Part shown: piece after piece, positions 22,348 through 32,400 of the stretch
How positions within the stretch are numbered: position 1 is the stretch's first letter
Layout of the letters: the number at the start of each line of letters is the position of its first letter
Assembly (NCBI RefSeq): GCF_001194135.2
Contig: NC_069007.1
Location: forward strand, 20,614,534-20,649,427
Direction: 5' to 3'
Length of the DNA stretch: 34,894 nt
Source of the DNA: Octopus bimaculoides
Lineage: Eukaryota
Made by a program: the position numbers and the translations under genes
The notes under the pieces: generated by a model
The model's input: the letters and a program-made list of their open reading frames with translations, nothing else
What the model was told of the DNA's origin: nothing
Databases searched by the model: none

Positions 22348-23415
22348 TGATGCGACCACCGAAAATACAGTTGGCATTATATCCCTATCTCCCGGGCTGG
22401 GTTTTGAACCCGTACTCTGGTCAGTTGGGGACAATGGTATTTCCTTTGTCTCGTCGGCAACCACAGCTATTTTTAGCGTAGCTGCCCCCTTTCCGGTCAC
22501 CGAAAGTTCAGCAGGACAGGAATTGGCGGGAAGCAGTCGGCCGAAGCAGTGAGCAGAGAATTTTGGCCAGTGGAGTTCTGGCAGCCAGCAGAGGCAGTCG
22601 AGCGGTAGCAGCCAGCCGAGGCAGTTGGGGGACAGCAGTTTGCCCGTGGAGATGGAGCCAGTCGAAGAGAGAAAGTTATGGTCAGCAGAAACGCATAGAG
22701 TCCCAGAGAGAGAGGGACAGAGAGATGAAGCAGTTGTACAGAGATGAAGATGAAGAATTATAAGTCTGACAGAGAGAAAGATATGGTCAGCAGAAATGCA
22801 TAGAGTCCCAGAGAGAGAGAGAGGGACAGAAAGACGGAATTGTAGTGGCAGACTGCCTTGGTCAGTGGAAGTAGCAGACCTGAACGAAACGAACTTCGTT
22901 GTGGTAAATGCTTTTATATTATTTTAAAGAAAAAGAACTCTGAGTTGTTAACTGTGTCGTTGTAAATGCTTCTAAAACAAAGGAAAAGAAAAGGAATACA
23001 AAAGAAAGAAGCAGAAGAACTTTGTTGTCAAATGAAAACTTGAGACACGAATTTGCGATGTAAAAATGATTGAAAAGCTTATAATTGTTTGGAAACTTTG
23101 TGAACGGTATTGAACTGTCATGCCACGTATTGGAATTGTTATTATGTAATGCTCTATTCTAATGTTCTAAATGTATTCTGTGATGTTATGTATGTAAAAT
23201 GAAAAGGTTACCCAACGCATGGTCTTCGTGTTCTTTCTTCCTCCCCTCCTTTTGCCTGTGTTGTTCTTCGTTACGTGCTCCAGCCGGGGCTTTATTATCG
23301 GTCAGGGTGACCGACAGACGAGTTGCTAGCTCACTGAGCGAGTACGAACATTCGCGCGTGCGCGAGCCCCCTATTCGGTGTTAAGGTGGTGCTTCGCGTG
23401 CGGGCGTTCGTAACA
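22348..23415. mobile_element. Solo LTR (probably Ty3/Gypsy) inserted in the satellite
   Basis: 1068 bp of non-satellite sequence starting TGATGCGA and ending TCGTAACA (TG...CA; terminal 8-mers inverted at 6/8). Flanked by 4-bp direct repeat ATAC (22344-22347, 23416-23419). Internal 56/58-bp direct repeat. No PBS, PPT or coding region seen; orientation not resolved. Confidence 0.8.
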
Positions 23416-26400
23416 ATACGTACGTAAGTAGGACATATGTACGTTCGTACGTACGTACGTGCATACGTACGAACATACGTACGCACGTACGTAGGAAAGT
23501 CCGTACATATTGCATACGTACGTTCGTACGGACGTACGTAATTCGTGCATACGTAAGTACAAACGTGCGTACAGACGTACGCACGTGTGTACGGACGGAC
23601 GGACGTGCGTACGGACCGACGTACGTGCTTACGGATGTACGTTCTTACATAAGTACGTCCGTACGTATCAGCGAGCGGACGTGCGTCCGAAAGTGTATGC
23701 GTACGTGAAGATGTACGTGCGTACGTACGTTAATACGTACGTAAATACGTACGTAAATACGTGAGTACGTACGTAAATACGATCGTACGTACGTAAATAC
23801 TTACGTGCGTACGTAAAAACGTACATGCGTACGTACGTAATTCCGTACGAGCGTACGTACGTGCGTGCCAACAAAGGTAAATATGTACGTGCATACGCAC
23901 GTACGTCGGGCATTTGTACGTGCACGCAAACGTCCGTACGTACGTGCACACGAACGTACTGTATACGTACGTCCGTACGTGATGCAAACGTAATTCATGC
24001 ATACGTCCGTACGTACCTGCGTGCGTACGAACGTGCGTACGTACGGAAATACGTACGTGCATGAGTACGAGCATACGTACGTACGTACGGCATATGTACG
24101 TGCGTACGGACGTACGTACGTGCATACGTACATGTATACGTACGTACGTAGGGCATATGTACGTGCGTACGTACGTCCATACGTACGTCCATACGTACGT
24201 GCATACGTACGTACGCACGTACGTAGGAACGTACGTACATATTGCATACGTACGTTCGTACGGAAGTACGTTCGTACGGACGTAGGTTCGTAAGTACGTT
24301 TGTGCAAACGTACGTGCGCATGTACGTTCATATGTACTTCCATACGTACGCACGTACGTTGGAAACTCCGCACGAGTATACTACGTCCGTACGTGTATAC
24401 GTACGTCTGTACGTGTATACGTACGTCCGTACGTGTATACGTACGTCCGTACGTGTATACGTACGTCCGTACGTAAGGCAAACGTACGTTCATGCATACG
24501 TCCGTACGTAACTGCGTGCGTACGTACGTGCATACGTACGTACGACATATATCCGTGCGTACGTACATCCATACGTACGAACGTACGCACGTACGTACGA
24601 ACCTCCGTATGTATTGCATACCTAGGTTCGTACGGACTTACGTAATTCGTGCATACGTTAGCACGTGCGTACGGAAGTACGTACGTGCTTACAGACGTAC
24701 TTTCGTGCATACGTACGTCTGTACGTACCTGCGTCCGGACGTAATACGTCCGTCCGTACATACGTAAAGACGTACGTTCGTACGTACATAAATACGTGCG
24801 TACGTACTTAAATACGTCCGTACGTACGTAAATACCTACGTGCGTACTTAAACACTATGTGCGTACGTAAAAACGTACGTACGTGCGTGCGAACGTACGT
24901 AAATATGTACGTGCATAAGTGTATGCGTACATCCGAACGTACGTACGTAAATACGTAAGTGCGTACGTACGAAAATACGTGAGTACGTACGTAAATTAGT
25001 GCGTGCGTACGTCAAAACGTACGTACGTAAATAGTACGTGCGTACGTACGTAAATAGTACGTGTGTACGAACGTTAATACGTACGTGCGTACGTACGTAA
25101 ATACTTACATGTGTACGTACGTAAACACGTGCGTACGTAAGTAAATACGTACGTAGGTACGTAAATACTTACGTGCGCACGTTTTTACAGACGCACGCAC
25201 GTATTTACGTACGTACGCACGTACGTATTTACTTACGTACGTTCGGATGTACGTACGTACGTACGTTTTTAGGTAAGCACATACGTGTTTACGTACGCTC
25301 GTAGGTATTTACGTACGTACGCACGTACTTAAGTACGGACGCACGTATACACGTTCGGCCGAAGGTACGTACGGACGTACGTATGCACGTATATATGCCC
25401 TACTTACGTACGTATGCACGTACGTACGCACGTAAGTATTTACGTACGTGCGCTCGTATCTACGTGCGCACGCAGGTATTTACGTGTTTACGTACGAATT
25501 TACGTGCATATGCACGTATTTACGTACATAAACACGTATTTAAGTACGCACGCACGTATTTACGTACGCATGCACGTACATATGCCCAACGTACGTACGT
25601 ATGCATGTACATATTTACGTACGTTCGGACGCACGATTTTACGTACGCACGTAAGTATTTACGTACATACGCACGTATTTACGTACGTACGCACGTACTT
25701 ATTTACGTACTTACGAACGTACGTCTTTATGTACGTACGGACGTACGTATACACGATCGGACGCACGTCCGCACGCAGGTACTTACGGACGTACGTATGT
25801 AAGAACGTACTATGCAAGAACGTACGTCCGTACGCACGTACGTAAGCACGTCCGTACGTCCGAACGCATGCACAAACGTCAGTACGCACGTACGAAAGTC
25901 TGCACGCACGTACGAACGTACGTATGCATGAATTACGTACGTCCGTATGAACGTGCGTACGTACGAGCGTGCGTATGCACGTACGTACGTATTTACGTAC
26001 GTACGCACGTACTATTTACGTACGTACGCTCGTACTATTTACGTACGTACGTACGCACATACTATTTACGTACGTACGCACATACTATTTACGTACGTAC
26101 GTTTTTACGGACGAACGTACGTATTTACCTACGTACGCACGCACTAATTTACGTACGTACGCACGTATCTACGAACGAACGCCCGTACGTATTTACTTAC
26201 GTACGTCCGGATGTACGTATACCCGTATGCACGTACATATTTACGTACGTTCGCACGAACGTACGTACGTATGTACGTTTTTACGTACGCACATACGTGT
26301 TTACGTACGCACGTAGGTATTTACGTACGTACGCACGTATTTAAGTACGTACGCACGTATTTACGTACGCACGAACGTAAGTCTTTACGTATGTACCGTC

Positions 26401-29400
26401 GAACGTATACACGTTGGGACGCAGGTACGTACGGACGTACGTATGCACGTACTTATTTATGTAAGTACGTACATACGTATTTACGTACATGCGCACGTAT
26501 TTAAGTACGTACGCACGTATTTACGTACGCATGCACGTACATATGCCCCACGGACGTCCGTATGCACGTAATATTTACGTACGTTCGCACGCACGTTTTT
26601 ACGTACGCACGTAAGTATTTACGTACGTACGCACGTATTTACGTACGTACGAACGTAAGTTCGGACGCACGTCCGCACGCAGGTACGTACTGACGTACGT
26701 ATGTAAGAACGTACGTACGTCCGTACGCACGTACGTACGTCCGTACGCACGTACGTACGTCCGTATGTCCGCAAGCATTTACAAACGTCCGTACACACGT
26801 ACGAATGTCTGTACGCACGTACGTATGCATGAATTACGTACCTCTGTACGAACGTACGGACGTTCCGACGTACGTGCGTACGTAGGTGCGTACGTACGGA
26901 CGTAGGTGCGTACGTACGGACGTACGTATGTACGTACATATGCCCTACTTACGTACGTATGCAAGTATTTATTTACGTAAGTACGCTTTTACGTACGCAC
27001 GTAGGCATTTACGTACGTGCGCATGTATTTGCGTACGTACGCACGTGTTTACGGACGTACGCACGTAAGTATTTACGTACGTACGCACGTACGTATTTAC
27101 GTACGTACGCACGTACTATTTACGTACGCACGCACGTACTATTTACGTACGTACGATTGTACGGACGCACGTACGTATTTACGTACGTATGCACGCACTA
27201 ATTTACGTACGTACGCACGTATTTACGTACGTACGCACGTACGCACGTACTATTCACGTACGTACGAACGTACTATTTACGTACGTACGTTTTTACGGGC
27301 GCACGTACGTATTTACGTACATACGCACGCACTAATTTACGCACGTACGCAGTATTTACGTACGTACGTACGCACGTATTTACGTACGTACGCACGTACG
27401 TATTTACGTACGTTCGCACGTACGTATTTACGTACGTACGCACGAACTATTTGCGTACGTACGTTTTTACGGACGCACGTAGGTATTTACGTACGTACGC
27501 ACGTATTTAGATACGTACGCACGTATTTATGTAAGTACGAACGTACGTCTTTACGTATGTACGGACGCACGTATACACGTTCGGACGCAGGTATGTACGG
27601 GCGTACGTATGGACGTACATATGCCGTAATTACGTACGTATGCACGTACGTAAATACCTACGTGCGTACGTAAGAGTGTACGTAAGTGCGTACGTACGTA
27701 CTTACGTAAAGAAATACGTGAATACATACGTAAGTTGGGCATATGTACGTGCATACGTACGTCCGTACGTGCATACGCACGCTCGAACGTACGCACCTAC
27801 GTACGCACGTACGTAGGGACGTCCGTACGTTCGTACAGACGTGCATGCGAACGTAAGTAAGTATTACGTGCATACGGATGTACGTCGGGCATATGTACGT
27901 GCAAGCGTACGTAAATACGTGCGTGCGCACGTAAATACGTACGTACGCACGTAAATACGTACGTACGCAAATACTTCCGCACGTACGTGCGTACTTACGT
28001 AAATAAGTACGTGCATACGTACGTCCGTACGTACCTGGGTCCGAACGTGTATACGGGCGTCCGTACATACGTAAAGACGTACGTTCGTACGTACGTAAAT
28101 ACGTTTGCACGCACGTTTTTACGTACGCACGTAAGTATTTACGTACGTACGCACGTATTTACGTACGTACGCACGTACTTATTTACGTACTACGAACGTA
28201 CGTCTTTACGTCCGTACGTATAAACGATCGGACGCACGTCCGCACGCAGGTACGTACGGACGTACGTATGCACGATCGAATGTACGTCCGTACGCATGCA
28301 CAAACGTCCGTACGAACGTACGTATGCATGAATTACGTACGTCCGTATGAACGTACGTCCGTATGAACGTACGTACGTGCTACGTAGGTGCGTACGTACG
28401 TTCATACGGACGTACGTAATTCATGCATACGTACGTTCGTACGTACGTGCAGACATTCGTACGCGCGTACGGACGTTTGTGCATGCGTACGGACGTACGT
28501 TCGTGCTTACGGACGTACGTAAATACGTGCGTACGTACTTAAATACGTGTGTATGTACGTAAATACGTGCATACGCAGGTAAATTCGTGCGTACACATTT
28601 AAATACGTTCGTACGCACGTAAATACGAGCGCACGTACGTAAATACGTACGCGCGTACGTACGTGTGTACTTACGTAAATAATTACGTGCATACGTACGT
28701 AAGTCGGGCATATATACGTGCATACGTACGTCCGTACGTACCTGTGTCCGAACGTGTATACGTGCGTTCGTACATACGTAAAGACGTACGTAAATACGTG
28801 CGTACGTACGTAGACACGAACGTGCGTACGTAAACACGTATGTGCGTACGTAAAAACGTACGTACGTACGTACGTGCGAACGTACGTAAATATGTACGAG
28901 CATAAGTGTATACGTACATCCGAACGTATGTAAGTAAATACGTACGTGCGTACGTACGTAAATTAGTGCGTGCGTACGTACGGGCGTCCGTAGAAACGTA
29001 CGTACGTAAATAGTACGTGCGTACGTACGTAAATAGTACGTGCGAACGTACGTAAATAGTACGTGCGTACGTACGTAAATAGTACGTGCGTACGTACGTA
29101 AATACATGCGTACGTACGTAAATACGTACGTGAGTCCGTAAAAACGTACGTAAATAGTACGTGCGTACGTACATAAATAGTACGTATGTACGTACGTAAA
29201 TACGTACGTGCGTACGTACGTAAATACGTACTTGCGTACGTACGTAAATATTTACGTGCGTACGTACGTAAATACTTGCGTACGTACGTAAGTTAGTGCT
29301 TACGGACGTACGTACGTGCGTTCGGACGTATGTACGTTCGTTCATACGTACGTCCGTACGTACCTGCGTGCGGACGTACGTCCGATCGTGCATACGTACG

Positions 29401-32400
29401 TCCGTACGTACGTAAAGACGTACGTTCTTACGTACGTAAATAAGTACGTGCGTACGTACGTAAATACTTACGTGCGTACGTAAAAACGTGCGAGCGAACG
29501 TACGTAAATATGTACAGGCATACGTACTTACGTCGGCCATATGTACATCGGAACGTACGTAAGTAAATACGTACGTGATTACGTACGTAAATACGTGCGT
29601 ACGTACGTAAATACGTACGTGCGTCCGTAAAAACGTACGTACGCACGTACGTAAATACGTACGGTCGTCCTTGAAAACTACGTGCGTACCTACGTAAATA
29701 CTTACGTGCGTACGTACGTAAACACGTGCGTACGTTCCTAAATACGTTCGTACGTACGTAAATATTTACGTGCGTACGTAAGAACGTGTGTGCGAACGTA
29801 CGTAAATATGTACATGCATACGTACGTACGTCACGCATATGTACGTGCATGCGTACGTAAATACGTGCGTACGTACTTAAATATGTGTGTATGTACGTAA
29901 ATACGTGCGTACGCACGTAAATACGTACGTAACTAGGGCATATGTACGTGCATAAGTGTATACGTACATCCGAATGTACGTAAGTAAATACGTACGTGCG
30001 TACGTACGTAAATACGTACGTGCGTACGTACGTAAATATGTGCGTAAGTACGTAAATACATGCGTACGTACGTAAATACGTACGTGAGTCCGTAAAAACG
30101 TACGTAAATAGTACGTGCGTACGTACATAAATAGTACGTACATACGTACGTAAATACGTACTTGCGTACGTACGTAAATATGTGCGTACGTACGTAAATA
30201 CATGGGTACGTACGTAAATACGTACGTGAGTCCGTGAAAACGTACGTAAATAGTACGTGCGTACGTACATAAATAGTACGTATGTACGTACGTAAATACG
30301 TACGTGCGTACGTACGTAAATACGTACGTGCGTACGTACGTAAATACTTACGTGCGTACGTACGTATGTACGTAAATTAGTGCGTGCGTACGTACGTAAA
30401 TACGTACGTGCGTCCGTAAAAACGTACGTACTTAAATAGTACGTGCGTACGNNNNNNNNNNGTACGTGCGTACGTACGTAAATACGTACGTGCGTACGTA
30501 CGTAAATACTTACGTGCGTACGTACGTATGTACGTAAATTAGTGCGTGCGTACGTACGTAAATACGTACGTGCGTCCGTAAAAACGTACGTACTTAAATA
30601 GTACGTGCGTACGTACGTAGATACGTGTGTACGTACGTACGTAAATACGTGCGTACGTACGTGAATTAGTGCGTGCGTACGTACGTAAATACGTACGTGC
30701 GTCCGTATAAACGTAGGTACGTAAATAGTACGTGCGTACGCACATAAATACGTGCGTACGTACGTAAATACGTGCGTGCGTCCATGAAAACGTACGTACG
30801 TAAATAGTACGTGCGTACTTACGTAAATAGTACGTGCGAACGAACGTAAAAACGTACGTGCGTACATACGTAAATACGTGCGTACGTAAATTAGTGCGTG
30901 CGTACGTACGTAAATACGTACGTGCGTCCGTGTAAACGTACGTACGTAAATAGTACGTGCGTACGTACGTAAATACGTACTTGCGTCCGTACGTAAATAC
31001 TTACATGCGTACGTACGCAAATACGTGCGCACGTACGTAAATACCTACGTGCGTACGTAAGAGTGTTCGTACGTGCGTACTTACGTAAATAAATACGTGC
31101 ATACATACGTAAGTTGGGCATATATACGTGCATACGTACGTCCGTACGTGCATACGCACGCTCGTACGTACGCACCTACAAACGTACGTAAACCATGCAT
31201 ATGTACGTACGTACGTGCGTACAGACATTCGTACGTGCGCACGTTTGTACATGCGTAAGGACGACCTTACCGACGGACGTACGTGCGTCTGGACGTACAT
31301 ACGTTCTTGTATACTACGTCCGTGCGTACATGCGTGCGGACGTGCGTCCGATCGTGTCTACGTGCGTTCGTACGTACGTAAATAGGTACGTGCGTACNNN
31401 NNNNNNNNNNNNNNNNNNNNNNNNNNNNNNNNNNNNNNNNNNNNNNNNNNNNNNNNNNNNNNNNNNNNNNNNNNNNNNNNNNNNNNNNNNNNNNNNNNNN
31501 NNNNNNNNNNNNNNNNNNNNNNNNNNNNNNNNNNNNNNNNNNNNNNNNNNNNNNNNNNNNNNNNNNNNNNNNNNNNNNNNNNNNNNNNNNNNNNNNNNNN
31601 NNNNNNNNNNNNNNNNNNNNNNNNNNNNNNNNNNNNNNNNNNNNNNNNNNNNNNNNNNNNNNNNNNNNNNNNNNNNNNNNNNNNNNNNNNNNNNNNNNNN
31701 NNNNNNNNNNNNNNNNNNNNNNNNNNNNNNNNNNNNNNNNNNNNNNNNNNNNNNNNNNNNNNNNNNNNNNNNNNNNNNNNNNNNNNNNNNNNNNNNNNNN
31801 NNNNNNNNNNNNNNNNNNNNNNNNNNNNNNNNNNNNNNNNNNNNNNNNNNNNNNNNNNNNNNNNNNNNNNNNNNNNNNNNNNNNNNNNNNNNNNNNNNNN
31901 NNNNNNNNNNNNNNNNNNNNNNNNNNNNNNNNNNNNNNNNNNNNNNNNNNNNNNNNNNNNNNNNNNNNNNNNNNNNNNNNNNNNNNNNNNNNNNNNAACG
32001 TACGTACGTAAATAGTACGTGCGTACGTACGTAAATAGTCCGCGCGTACGTACGTAAATGCGTACGTGCGTACATACGTAAATACGTGCGTACGTACGTA
32101 CGTATATAGGTGCGTACGTACGTAAATTAGTGCGTGCGTACGTGCGTGCTTACGTACGTAAATATGTACGTGCATACGTTTATACGTACAGGCGAACGTA
32201 CGTAAGTAAATACGTACGTAAGTAAATACATGCGTACGTACGTAAATACATGCGTACGTACGTAAATTAGTGCGTGCGGACGTACGTAAATACGTACGTG
32301 CGTCCGAAAAAACGTACGTAAATAGTACGTGCGTACGTACATAAATAGTACGTACGTGCGTACGTACGTAAATACGTACGTGCGTACATACGTAAATACT

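Noticed and set aside
22395-22415. B-box-like GGTTCAAAACC on the minus strand of the LTR
   Set aside because: No A-box at suitable spacing and only a 3-bp T-stem.
21859-23384. ORFs overlapping the LTR (22563-22763, 23199-23384, N-terminus of 21859-22500)
   Set aside because: No gag/pol/env motifs; low complexity derived from LTR repeats.
30300-30613. Exact 152-bp duplication (30300-30451 = 30462-30613)
   Set aside because: It straddles a 10-N placeholder gap; most likely unmerged overlapping contig ends. The same pattern appears at 33559-33568 and probably 32487-32496.
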